Under the pieces are notes generated by a model. The model had not been told where the DNA came from, searched no databases, and saw nothing but the letters and a program-made list of their open reading frames with translations. A DNA stretch of 64,000 bases, from assembly GCA_043228905.1 (NCBI GenBank), contig JBHGNT010000013.1:9548001-9612000 (forward strand), read 5' to 3'. Positions 11,201 through 23,435 of the stretch are shown here, piece by piece. Position numbers and translations under genes: made by a program. Position 1 is the first letter of the stretch; every line of letters begins with the position of its first letter. This DNA is from Azolla caroliniana. Taxonomy: Eukaryota > Plantae > Polypodiophyta.

Positions 11201-14200
11201 CGGCCGGATTTCGTAGGCTCGGGTCGGTAGCGACCCTCTTTATTCGTTCCCAGCTGCCCTCCGGTAAGGGGGCCGCGATGGGCTTCACCTTCCGGTCCAT
11301 CATCTTGTATTTTGTGTCTATTCGGGCGATCCGATATGCCCTGGTTCCTCTTTCGAAGTCCACAATGACTTCATACATGTCGATCGAGTTGACTGGTATG
11401 ACTCCGTCTTTGCTTAGACCTCCTCCGACTACCTTCCCGATTTCCCCCCAAGGTGTCATCAAACGAGACCGCTTCCACGGCTTCCCGAATTCCTTCGTCG
11501 TGGCTTAAGGCTCTACACGCCTTCAAGCATATCTCAGTCCGTTTTCTTTCTTTGCTGCTGATGCTGGCTATGGTACACCCCCCGTTGTTGGAGAACAAAA
11601 ATTTCCTACCTATTTTACAGGTGTGGGGAGTTTCCCAGTTGTCCGGACTATCGTGGCCCCACGCCTCGATAGCCCTATCTAAAAATCCGGCTTATCATCA
11701 TTCCCGAGGGTGTCTCGATTTCGTTCGTGGTTCTTCCGAACGGTCAAAAATGTTGGGATTTCGGTCCCTCCGGATGGGATGTCCCCGGAGATAAATGACG
11801 GCAGACCCCGGTTACGGAGCCGGATGATGAAGAACCCGGTTACGGAGCCGGATGCTGAAGACCCCGGTTACGGAGCCGGATGACGAATGTACCCGGAGAG
11901 AGATCCGGATGCGGGGACATATTTGTGAATATGTTTGCTAAGAGCCCTTGAGGCTATATTTGTAAATAGCCCGAAAGTCATATGTGTATAAATATGACTT
12001 AGGGCAAACAGTTTATGTTGTTGCTCATTTTGAGAGAGAGAGAGAAAAGTGAGTAGCCGAGAGAGAGAGAGAGAGAGAGAGAGACGAAGAGGTCGTTGCC
12101 TCTGTGTACTGCCGCCGCCTGTGGCGAAGACAGTGAGCTCAAGGTTGTTGCCTTGTAGCTTCACCATTGTACATCTCTGTCTATAGTGATAGTTGGAGTT
12201 TGAGGACTCCCGTGGTTTTTCCCCAGTTAGGGTTTTCCACGTAAAACATCCCGTGTACTCTTCTCTCTATTGTACTTCGTGCATTTTGTATTTCCTGTTT
12301 TCTGAAAGTTGATCCTATTCCTCGGTTGTGGCCGAGCACTGTTGTCCTACAAAAAATTGGACGGAGTGACGGCCGTCCTAACTTTTTACCCTCGCATAGG
12401 CTGAACCATTGTCCAACACTTTCGTCTCCATTCTAGCCATTGTGATGTATGGTTCTTCGAGGATGATCAAGTGGGAGGACGTTTCTTGCACAAAAAAGTG
12501 TTGGTTTATGTCGATGTCTCCGATGCTCACCCTGACGTTCGGGCAGGCCCTGTGCAACTCTTCCATGGATCTTGTTGCCGCGCGTATCTTCCACCCGTGT
12601 TTGGTGTTGATCGGCCAATTTCCCTTTTTGTAGAAGTCCATAGACATTAGTTTAATTTCCGACCTATGGTCGATTAATGCCACCACCGGTTCCTTGACAT
12701 TCCCGATTCGAACCGGGGTCTCCGTAGTAGCTCTTGCCCAGTGCCGCTTGGCGTAGTGGCTTTACGCGAGCTCGTCTTCCGTGGCAATCTCATCGAGAAG
12801 TGCCGCCCTCACCCCGACCGGCTTCTCGGGCTCTAGTTCCGTCCACGATGCTGTCGTGGAACTCCCTTCTCGCTATACCGAGCACTTCCCTAAGCATGAG
12901 TTCTATGCGACTATCGAGAACTCGCTCCTCTAGAACCTTTTGTAGGCTCGTTGTTTTCTCGATTTCCGAGCTTACGCGGAAGCTCAGAATCCTACCCTTC
13001 TCCTTCTCCTGGGACCCGGTCGGAGCGGCATCGTTCTTTTTGAGCGTGCTTCGGGTGTCATACCTCCCCGAAGGGCCCGCTCCCACAGTTTTCCCTGCTC
13101 GTCTTTCGTCGATCAAGGCCTCGTAGTTCCTACACATGGCTTCCACAAAGCCGGTGCTTTCTTCAACGGGGTCGCTCCACCCGGTAACTTTGCACACACG
13201 TTCTTCTGCGCGCTTTGGTTCTCCCTTATGCAACCTTCCTCCAGTCAAGGTCTCGAGAATAGCCGGCCAAAATCCAGGGTTTGAATCGGGTTTGCTCGGC
13301 TTTTCCCCTGCTAGGATGCCGGCCGAAGCCGAATAGTGGATGGCTTCGACATGCCGGGCCGCAACCTCTTCCATTAGCCTCTTCATGCCACCTCGTCCAA
13401 AATTCGTGTCGAGCAGTCTCCGCGTGTCGCTCGCATGTATCCGGCCATTCGAAAGGTAGACTACATTACTCCTGAGTGCTTCTCCGAAGTCAACACATTC
13501 TCTTCCGGTATGTCCGGCAGCGTCGCACCATACGCACCTCTGATTGGCCGGTGGTCGCCGGTCGCGCGGTTGACCCTCGTCGCTTCGACGGGCTTGGGTG
13601 ATCTGGAGGTCGCGTACCATCCTTGTTAGCTCTTCTAGCCTTGCGCTGCCTGCAGGCTCTGCGACTATGTTCGTCGTTGTTGGGCCTAGCTCGAGCCACC
13701 TCCTCGTTTCTTCCATTCAGGTCGGCGTCGGTTCGGCCTTGATTTCGACAGCCGGTCCGACCGACGAGGATCCCTTTTCTCTCCAGTCTCGGCTTTTGTC
13801 AATCCTTCTGCATACTTCTTTGAAGGTCGCCCAGTAAGTCGTGAGACCCAGATTGGTTTCCAGAAGAAGACCCATGCTTTCCCGGACGCGCGAATCGAAA
13901 GATGTCACGAAAAATAGGACTTTGCTTGTTTCGAGCACGGTTCAGTCCAATCTAGAGAGTTGCGCAAACCGTAACTCGAACTCCTGGAGGAGCACCGAAC
14001 CGCTCTGATCCTTGCCGGGGCTGTTGACCTAGTCCATAAAATCCTTTCTTGATAGCCAGAGTGAGTCGTCATAGCTGTACCTCTAGAGAACTTTCTTTGT
14101 GAATTCCGCCCAATCGCGACAACCTGCTTGAATCTCGACCATCTCTATATGGATGTGTGGTGTTACAACCCGGAGAAACCCCGCTAGCCGTCTATCTTCG

Positions 14201-14388
14201 AGTATGTTTCTCATTTGCATTTTAGATTTGTAGGCCTCTAAGTAACTCGTGGCATCCTTTCCGCCGAACCGGCCTATCTTGCCGACCGTTGCTTCTATGG
14301 CACGGTCGAGGGCACTCGCGCCCTCGCGAGCACTAACCAGGCGGTCTACCACCACCGCCATTGTTTCTGCCAGTTCGCTTCCTCTCAT
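8291..14388 (-). pseudogene. gag-pol of G3, frameshifted and interrupted by a solo LTR
   Basis: gag with CVWCDAAGHTGREC zinc knuckle, protease ALIDHRSE, RT DLYSGYDQF/FLDD, RNase H, and integrase fragments closely similar to G1. Confidence 0.92.
11751..12351 (+). mobile_element. Ty1/copia solo LTR
   Basis: TGTTGGGA...CCTACA with 5-bp TSD AAAAA (11746-11750 / 12352-12356). Shares the GGTCCCTCC(G/A)GATGGGA start with the LTRs at 34941, 52216 and (reverse) 33548. Confidence 0.88.
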
Positions 14389-14412
14389 CTCTAGATTCCT
14401 TTGCCGCCCTTC

Positions 14413-14430
14413 TTCACGTCGGGTTCACCA
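14413..14430 (-). promoter_or_regulatory. Primer-binding site, tRNA-Trp
   Basis: Minus strand TGGTGAACCCGACGTGAA, complementary to the 3' end of plant cytosolic tRNA-Trp (..TTCACGTCGGGTTCACCA, recalled from memory). 4 nt from the LTR. Confidence 0.8.
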
Positions 14431-15025
14431 AAGATGTCGAGGAAATCCTCGCGGATGCGTGGAAGTCGGGCAGGACCACGGGGGTCTCGAACCGAGGAAC
14501 CAAGGAAACGAGAAGGGAGCCATTTGAGAATTGCATAAGTCTTGCGACAACGGGAAGACAGGTAATGCTAGTGATCGAGAGAGGGTAAAAGAGTCGTGCG
14601 TAGACGTAGACACGGGCAAGACACTAAGAACAACATTTGTTAGGAAAGGAGGGTTTCTATTAAACAACACAAGTGCACAGTGCGGTGGGTGATTATAGCC
14701 GGATCAGAGCCGGAGATGGAGCGTGGAGCTTGGTAAACAACACAGGTGCACAGTGCGGTGGGTGATTACAGTCGGATCAGAGCTAGAGATGGAGCGTGGA
14801 GTTTGGTAATAGCTAGACACGAAGGTGCGTTGGCACGCTAAAGGTCGATCCCCTAGCCGGGAGCACTCGGGCGTCGGATGCGTGCAGGGAAAGCGCCTTC
14901 CGATGATCAATCCTCCTCTTCTTTTCTGTATCTCCTCTCCTCCCTATGGCATCCTCAAGATAGTCGAAGGTCGCCCCCTTTATAGCACAAGGAGCGACCG
15001 TTACAAGCATTCATGACTCATCGCT

Positions 15026-16099
15026 CCTGTCTCAAGTCAATCTCGGGTTTCCTCCATGCGCGCCGACGGGGGCCCTCGAGGTTTCTTGCCACAACCGCTC
15101 CTGCCCCCGACGAGCCCTTGTCGACCCACTCACATCGTTTGTCGAAATAGGCGCAAACCCCTTTTACCACGGCCCAATCGGTCATCAGCCCATCGTCCGT
15201 CTCCAGCAGGAGACCCACTTGCTCCCGATCTTGCACGTCCACAACTTTGACGAATAAAAGGACACAGCTTGCATCTAGTACGGTCCTGTCCAGTGCCGAA
15301 AGACGTGCAAAGCGTTCCTCAAACACTCGGAGGAGCGCCGACGCATTCCTCCCCTTTTCTGGGGTCTCCACCCAATCCATAAAGTCCCACTTCGATAAGT
15401 GAAGCGTGTCATCAAGCCCGTAACGCTCGAGGAGCCGCACTTCAAATTCCCCCCAGGTCCGGCATCCAACCTGCACCTCGAGCACCTCTACGTGGATGCC
15501 TGGTGTCGCTACCCGAGAGAACCTAGACAGACGCCTCTCCTTCGGGATGTTGCTCATCACCATTTTGGCCTAGTAGGCCAGCAAATAACTTGTGGCGTCC
15601 TTCCCATCGAACCGGTCTATTGCACCAACAATTGCTTCAATGGCCTTGTCGAGGGCACCCGTGCCCTCGCGAGCACTTACTATCCGATCGACTGCTCCCG
15701 CAATGGCTTCAACGAGCTCTAATCCCCTCATTTTTGACTGCGGGGGCCCTGAACTACGGAATTGCCGAACAGAGGGGGAGGAGCACTACGAAGCCACGAC
15801 CGAGCTGCACACACAGATTCACAAAGAAATCACAAACAAGGTCGAACAACGAATAAGCCCCTTTTCCTCTCCTTTTATAGCACAAGGAGAGAGAGCCGTT
15901 ACAGACTGTTACATCACTTTTATTCTCTGTCCTTTCGGACAGAGATCCTCTTCGATTCCCTACCTAACGATTTCGTGCTTCCTAGGATAATTACATCGCC
16001 AACCTGTACTTAACTATGTAAATACATCAAAACATGTGTAAGGGCCGGTTCACGCACACTATCCACTAATTCCTCCTAGGGACGGTTTTCTTCACAACA
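15026..16099 (-). mobile_element. Fragment G4 of the same gypsy lineage: gag 5' part (ATG at 15731) and LTR ending at 16099
   Basis: MRGLELVEA...RFDGKDATSY homologous to G3 gag. Terminus TCTTCACAACA at 16089-16099. Joined to the truncated G3 LTR, probably by deletion. Confidence 0.75.
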
Positions 16100-17980
16100 C
16101 CGCTCAACACTCATATTGTGTATAAGTATAAATACACTTAGGGCAAACATAGAGAGTGTAGTAGAACAGTAGATGCAAAATACAATTTTTGTAGTGTAAG
16201 AGAGAGAGAAAGAGAAGAAGAGAGAGAGCGTGAGCGGCACCATAGCTGTGTGTGTAATAGTAGACGCCAAGAGCCCTGTGTGGCTAGTGTACTATGGAAG
16301 AGAGTGTTGTAATCTGCTTTATCCTTCTCTTGTATATCCATTATAATAGTGAAGATATGTTCTCCCGTGGTTTTTTCCCGTTTAGGGTTTTCCACATCTT
16401 TCTCACAGATATTTGATTCGATCCCTTCAAACTGGTATCAAAGCGATAGGTGCAAAGATGGAAGGAAGTGTGAGTGGCTTCCTAGGGATGGTGGTCCTGA
16501 ACTCTCAAAACCATAGTACGTAATATTTGTGTTTGTTAGCCCAAACATTCGTTTTCATACCTATGCAAACGAATGCGTATGTTATTAAAACATTCTTTTG
16601 TTTTTTTTGTTTACAGTTTTTACCTTAACTTTCATACCCTAAAAGAAATTACCTTATAATAAATAATGAGTGCAAAAGTATATGTTCTATGCCCGACTGG
16701 GCAAGTCAAAAGCAAATGTGGCAGCCACCGACGTGTGCTATGTAGATGCCCCATCGCATTGAGGTGGACAATACTTTGTGACGCTCATTGATGACTACAG
16801 TCAAAAGTTGTGGGCTTTCATACTAAAGTCAAAGGGCCAAGTACTGTCATTCTTTAAGGAGTTCCAGGCAAGGGTCACAAGAGAGTCAAGTCGGAAGTTG
16901 AAGGCTATCCGAACCAACAACTGTGGCGAATAAAGAGGGCAGTTCGATGAATGTTGCAAGGCCCACGATATTCGAATCGAATACACAGTACTGAAGACCC
17001 TTGAGTTGAATGGGCTTGCAGAGAGGTTGAATCAAACGATTATGGAAAGAGTAAGGAGCATGTTGGGCTGAGGTGATGTACACGACTATTTATCTGATCA
17101 ACATGTCTCTCTCAGTGCCATTGAAAGATGATGTCCCGCAGAGGGTGTGGATAGTTGTCGATGCAGACATTTTTGCCTGCCGAGTAGCTGACTAGTTGAA
17201 ACGACACTGTCGATTGTTCGGAGATAGCCAGTCGGCACAACCGAATCCAAGTCAGTCAACTTGGAGCAACGGGTGGAAGGAGATACCCACTAATCGAAAG
17301 GAGAGCACATACCACATATGCCAGTCAATACATCCTCTTGACTGTTGAAGGTAGTGAGGAGTCTGGATGTGGTGTTCTTGTAAGACAAGACAATTGATGA
17401 TTGGATGCAACAGAAGTCGGAATCGACTTCTCAATCGACTCCCACTACCATTGACTTAAGACTAGTTGAACCGACACTGTCGATTGTTCGGAGATAGCCA
17501 GTCGGCACAACCGAATCCAAGTCAATCGACTCGGAGCAACGGGTGAAAGGAGAGCACTACCACATATGCCAATCAATACATCCTCTTGACTGTTGAAGGT
17601 GAACCTAAGTGCTATGATGAGGCCATGGGTGAAAGCATGCGAGTGGAAACAATTAGCTATGTCCTTGACATAGCTAATTAGCTATGCAAAAAGCTACCAT
17701 TGATAAATAGTCATTTTAGTAAAAAGCCATCATTAATAAATTAAGTATGCAAAAAACTACCATTGAAAATACTAGAGTGTTTTAATTACATATGTAAATG
17801 AGTGCCATAAATGTGCAACATAAATTGATGTGTGCACCATAAATGTGTACCATAAATTATATATCGAATTCCTAGGTCCATTATGCATGATCCTTTGCCA
17901 CATCACGTAGGCCATCTCTAGTTGAGTACTGTGGGTTAGTTGCTACCACTGTTGCTAAACCCTATCGGGTCCACCTGCCG

Positions 17981-18790
17981 CCACTCTACACTGAGGGGCC
18001 GCTACTGTGCGTTCCAAGCATCATCAAAGAGCTGCTCAATTTGACGGGGTTCTCTTCTCTGTGACACTCTACACTCAGGGGCCACTACTGTGCATTCCAA
18101 GCATCATCAAAGAGCTGTTCAATCTGACGGGGTTCTCTTCTCTGTGCCACTCTACACTCAGGGGCCATTACTGTGCGTTCCAAGCATCATCAAAGAGCTG
18201 TTCAATCTGAGGGGGTTCTCTTCTCTGTGCCACTCTACACTCAGGGGCCATTACTGTGCGTTCCAAGCATCATCAAAGAGCTGTTGTTCAATCTGAGGGG
18301 GTTCTCTTCTCTGTGCCACTCTACACTCAGGGGCCGCTGCTGTGCGTTCCAAGCATCATCAAAGAGCTGTTCAATCTGACGGGGTTCTCTTCTCTTTGCC
18401 ACTCTACACTCAGGGGTTGCTACTCTGCGTTCCAAGCATAATCAAAGAGCTATTCAATCTGACGGGGTTCTCTTCTCTTTTCCACTCTCACTCAGGGGCC
18501 GCTACTGTGCGTTTCAAGCATCATTGGTAACTGTTCAATCTGACGGGGTTCTCTTCTCTATGCCACTCTATTCTCAAGTGCCTTCTATGTGCGTTTCAAG
18601 CATCATCGGTAACTGTTCAATCTGACGAGGTTCTCTCCTCCATTGCCATCATTCTATACTCAGTTGCCACTACTGTCCAGTCCTGGATTGCTTCCACATT
18701 TCGATTTGACGGAGTTCACTCATCCAACGGCAACATTCTACACTCAGTTGTTGCCATTGGTCGGTCTTGGATCGCCTCCTCAACTGTTGG
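17981..18790. repeat. 83-bp tandem repeat, about 9 copies, degenerating rightwards
   Basis: Unit CCACTCTACACTCAGGGGCC..CCAAGCATCATCAAAGAGCTGTTCAATCTGACGGGGTTCTCTTCTCTGTG. Identical small ORFs start at 18007, 18090, 18173 and 18256. Confidence 0.93.
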
Positions 18791-18971
18791 ATCCAACAGA
18801 GTGAAATCCTCTACTGTTCGGTCTTGGATTGCAATAACTTTTCTGTCTATTGATTATCTTGTGTATTGTTGTGTATAATCTTGTGTATTGTGTGGAATAT
18901 TTTTGTGTATTGTTGTTGCCCATAGCCATCTTTAATACTTGTTTTTTTTTCTGGAAATTTAGGGTTTTAAC

Positions 18972-21900
18972 ATGTCTAGCCAAATGGAAGGGGAAGAAGG
19001 GTGTTTAGAATTACCCCTCAATGATCATAAGGATAGGGATGATGTTATCAGGACACAACAAGCCATACGAAACTATTGGGCAGAAAAAAAAAGGAAACAT
19101 CGTCAATTGTTGAAGGATACGAAAGCCACACTCAGTAAAGGTAAGGATAGTTTAGCTGAGAATGTAAGTAATGCGACTACCATCATAGAGAGAAAGGTTG
19201 TAGACTATTTCAATGTTCAAACCAAGCACATCAGCAATGAAGAAAAGAAGGTAGTACTTTATGGCATATGTAATGATCCATCGATAAAGGACTTAGTTGA
19301 TTGTGATGGTCTTAATGCAAACATATCATCTATTTTAGTAAATAATCTTCGTAATAGTTTCGTATCCATGAGCAGGTCAGAAGATGATCTTGTCTTAAAA
19401 AGGTCTAGTCTAATGATGTTACTTAATAGTGATGTTGACGATATAAACATCAGTGAGCTATCTAAGGTAATTGGTGTTAGTAGAAAAACAGTGTACAATA
19501 CAATGAACCGTATAATTTCCTCGGGTGAAGGAACTAGTCTACTAAAGCTAACTACAAGATGTAAGCCAATGACACCCATAACATTTGAAATCAAGGATGT
19601 AATCACAATGTTTTGGACTAATGAGAGTAGGGTTTCACCCAATAAAAAGGATTTATGCAGGAAACGTGTTGGAAGAAATCAATACGAGGAGCATCCCATT
19701 CATCTTCTTGATGTACCTCAGGTATTTACATTTATCTCAACATTTGTTTTGACTCTACTCGGAAAGTTAATTAGCTCAGTTAGCAGAAAAGCTAATTAGC
19801 TTATCAGTTACATTTACCTCAGTTAGCTACTAGGATCGCTACTACATAGGTAACTGGCTACTCTCAATAGTTACTACCATGATAGCTAATTAGCTATTCT
19901 CAATAGCTAATTTAGGTACTACCAGATAATTAGCTGTACTGCTAGCTAGTTAGCTATCATGGTAGCTAGTTAGCTATTTCGTTATTACCAGCTAATTAGC
20001 TACTAGGAAAGCTAATTAGCTACCATGATAGCTAATTAGCTACTATGATAGCTACTACATAGGTAACTGGCTACTCTCAATAGCTACTACCATGATAGCT
20101 AATTAGTTAGGATAGCTAATTAGCCACCATTATAACTAATTAGCTACTAGACCAGCTAATTAGCTACCATGATAGCTAATTAGTTACTAGGACAGCTAAT
20201 TAGCCACCGTGATAGCTAATTAGCTACCATGATAGCTAATTAGCTACTATACCAGCTAATTAGCTACCATGATAGCTAATTAGCTACTATACCAGCTAAT
20301 TAGCTACCATGATAGCTAATTAGTTACTAGGAAAGCTAATCAGCCACCATTATAGCTAATTAGCTACTAGACCAGCTAATTAGCTACCACGATAGCTAAT
20401 TAGCTACTAGACCAGCTAATTAGCTACCATGATAGCTAATTAGTTACTAGGAAAGCTAATTAGCCACCATGATAGCTAATTAGCTACTAGACAAGCTAAT
20501 TAGCCACCATGATAGCTAATTAGCTACTAGGACAACTAATTAGCTACTAGGACAGCTAATTAGCTACCATGATAGCTAATTAGCTACTACGACAGCTAAT
20601 TAGCTACCATGATAGCTAATTAGCTACTAGAATAGCTAATTAGCTACTAGAATAGCTAATTAGCTACCATGATAGCTAATTAGCTACTACGACAGCTAAT
20701 TAGCTACCATGATAGCTAATTAGCTCCTAGAATAGCTAATTAGCTACCATGATAGCTAATTAGCTACTACGACAGCTAATTAGCTACCATGATAGCTAAT
20801 TAGCTACTAGGACAACCAATTAGCTACTAGGACAACTAATTAGCTACCATGATAGCTAATTAGCTACTACGACAGCTAATTAGCTACCATGATAGCTAAT
20901 TAGCTACTAGAATAGCTAATTAGCTACCATGATAGCTAATTAGCTACTACGACAGCTAATTAACTACCATGATAGCTAATTAGCTACTAGGACAACTAAT
21001 TAGCTACCATGATAGCTAATTAGCTACTAGAATAGCTAACTAGCTACTAGAATAGCTAATTAGCTACTAGGATAGTTAGCTAGTTACGAGAATAACTAAT
21101 TCCCCTTTATTACGCAGGTCGATTTATTTATTAGGTTCAAACGAATGCATCCAACTATCAAAGTTCAACTACGAACATTCGAGTCTCTTAAGCCACACTT
21201 TGTGAGACGCTTAAAGGATCGATACACATGTTGTTGCATTTACCATGTACAGATGGGTTTTCTGAAGGACTCTGTTAATCTACTACGTCACCATAGCGCA
21301 TCCCTAACTAATACAGTTTGCACATGTGGGTGCCCAATCTGTCGATCAAGCCCGCAAGAGGAGTGTAAATCATCTGAGCACGTTATCTCTTCCATGAGTT
21401 ATTTATTAGATTCAATATTGTGTCCGAGAGAATCTGACGCTATCTTCCATATTCATAAATGTGTCATGGGTTTATGTCAAGATTGTGGCCCTACTAGATT
21501 TAGGTGGTGTCCAAATGAATTGAGTAGTGAAATATTGATCTCTGTGAAGTTATTTGAGTCAGTGAACACCAATTTCGAAGGAAAGGTGTGTAAAAGAAAG
21601 GATCTAGTTCGGAAGATGCTTAAACCAAGGGATTTGGTGTCTCTGTTTGTAGTATCTCTAGGAAAGTTCATTAAACACAACTTCATTTATTCATGGCAGG
21701 CCCATCAATTTAAGACTTGCATATCTGATTTCCCAAATGATGTAGTAGTCTCAGTAGTAGATTTCGCAGAGAATTATACTTTCAAGCAGCAGAATGAAAT
21801 TCAATCTATGCATTGGTGTTCAGTTCAGGTAACCATTTTTGTGCACATAACATATTTTCGAGTTTCAGGTGATGTTAAAAAAGTAATTCATTTCTTTATT

Positions 21901-22959
21901 TCCGATGATAAGAAGCATGATACCTTGTTCGTCCAACACTGTTTTAAGTTACATTGGCAGTGGTTATTAGCTCAACGTTTGGAGCTTACTCAACATTGGG
22001 TCTGGTCTGACGGAGCTGCGTCACAATTCAAGGCTCGACGTCCATTTTATTTTGTGGGGAGGTATCCTGCTATAACAGGTTTGGAGATGAGATGGAATTT
22101 TTTTGGGTCTAGCCATGGTAAAGGTGAACATGATGGTGCAGGGGCTGTTATAAAGCGGGCACTTACCCATGAACAACTAAAGACAGATGGTGTGCACATG
22201 AATTGTGCATCACATGTAGTTGAATTTTTAAGAACAAATATGTCGACGAGTGCCACAGGTGTTTATTCCTCGCAAGTTCGAGATATCAAACGTGAATTTT
22301 GGGAAGTGAAGATAGATGAAGTAAATAGGGAGAAGACCTGGGAGTGCCAAGGAATTCCCGAATTGCGATCTCTGCATGCTGTTCGCGGTTATTCCAGGTT
22401 GGATGGTCATTGTATTGCGGTTAGAGAATTGACTTGTTTTTGCTTCCATTGTGTGCAGGGAAATTAGAGATATTGTCTAAACAAAGCATACATTCAGAAT
22501 TGGGAGTATCACACTCTGAATGATAAGGAAGCAGTTGATGGAGAAACAGGGCAGAATGCTGACTTCACATATGAGGGACTTGGAGATACTTTGAGTGATG
22601 TCCTGAACGTTGGGGATAACTTCGCTGTAAATGCTGAAGAAGGCAATTCAGAGGGTGCTGATTTCTATATATTAAAGTGCACGGTTAGTAAACAGTGTGC
22701 AAGGCAGAATATTGTAGATGCATGGGGAAATTTTGTATCTGCCGGGACATTCTACATCGAAGGCATTTTTTATGCAAAACTAGATGACTACGAATATGTG
22801 TACAGGCTGTTAGAAGACAAACCAGCGGCGTATATGTACTCTCATTTGGTCAGATGCATCAACGTCGCAATGTCAGAATACAATAGCTACTCCGGTTTAT
22901 ACACTGTTGGTGCTAATGTGTATGAATGTATTTACAATAGTATGCCATGGAATTTGTAG
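18972..22959 (+). pseudogene. Sola2-like DDD transposase, two exons (18972-19721, 21118-22959), ~860 codons, one in-frame stop at 22465-22467
   Basis: CAG|GTATTT donor and CTAAT..TTTATTACGCAG acceptor give a phase-0 join (..LLDVPQ/VDLFIRFKRMHP..). Motifs CCCIYH, DFAENY..QNEIQSMHW, WSDGAASQFK, FFGSSHGKGEHDGAGAVIKR. The frame stays open after the TAG (likely TGG) to 22959. Confidence 0.78.
19770..21100. repeat. Intronic 20-bp minisatellite with 14-bp palindromic core TAGCTAATTAGCTA, roughly 60 units
   Basis: Directly visible. Cores are separated by 6-bp spacers (CCATGA, CTAGGA, CTAGAA, CTACGA, CTAGAC). Confidence 0.95.
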
Positions 22960-23435
22960 CTACAAGTAGCACTTACCATGTTCTCTTGTAAAACAAACAT
23001 GTATTTCGCGAAAACAGATCAATAAATTCGTTTGGAATCAATTTCTTGTATACAGTCTGCTTTCTGTGCTTCTTTCTCAATAAAATCATGTCTTTTTTGT
23101 TAAGTTTTAAGTTATAAGTTATAGCGAAATAGTCATCAGTAGCTAATTAGCTGTACAAATGCAGCTAATTAGCTGTACAAATGTATTTACAATAGTATGC
23201 CATGGAATTTGTAGCTACAAGTAGCACTTACCATGTTCTCTTGTAAAACAAACATGTATTTCGCGAAAACAGATCAATAAATTCGTTTGGAATCAATTTC
23301 TTGTATACAGTCTGCTTTCTGTGCTTCTTTCTCAATAAAATCATGTCTTTTTTGTTAAGTTTTAAGTTATAAGTTATAGCGAAATAGTCATCAGTAGCTA
23401 ATTAGCTGTACAAATGCAGCTAATTAGCTGTACAA
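22925..23435. repeat. 255-bp tandem duplication of the transposase stop/3' UTR region
   Basis: TGTATTTACAATAGTATGCCATGG at 22927 and 23182. The copies look identical by eye. Confidence 0.9.

Larger units (their letters stand above)
7379..15025 (-). mobile_element. Ty3/gypsy element G3 (same lineage as G1), near full length; 3' LTR 7379-8166, truncated 5' LTR 14435-15025
   Basis: Both LTRs share TGTCGAGGAAATCCTCGCGGATGCGTG on the + strand. PPT 8167-8180, PBS 14413-14430, gag-PR-RT-RH-INT order. Confidence 0.92.

Noticed and set aside
17191-17600. 270-bp-period direct repeat as a separate element
   Set aside because: Local duplication of the copia INT-RT linker, homologous to ~63040-63430 on the minus strand.
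18972-19799. Stand-alone 275-aa gene
   Set aside because: The last codons are intron read-through. A donor at 19722 joins it in frame to 21118.
19770-21100. CRISPR-like palindromic repeat/spacer array
   Set aside because: Spacers are only 6 bp and recur, there are no cas genes, and the array lies in a spliceosomal intron.
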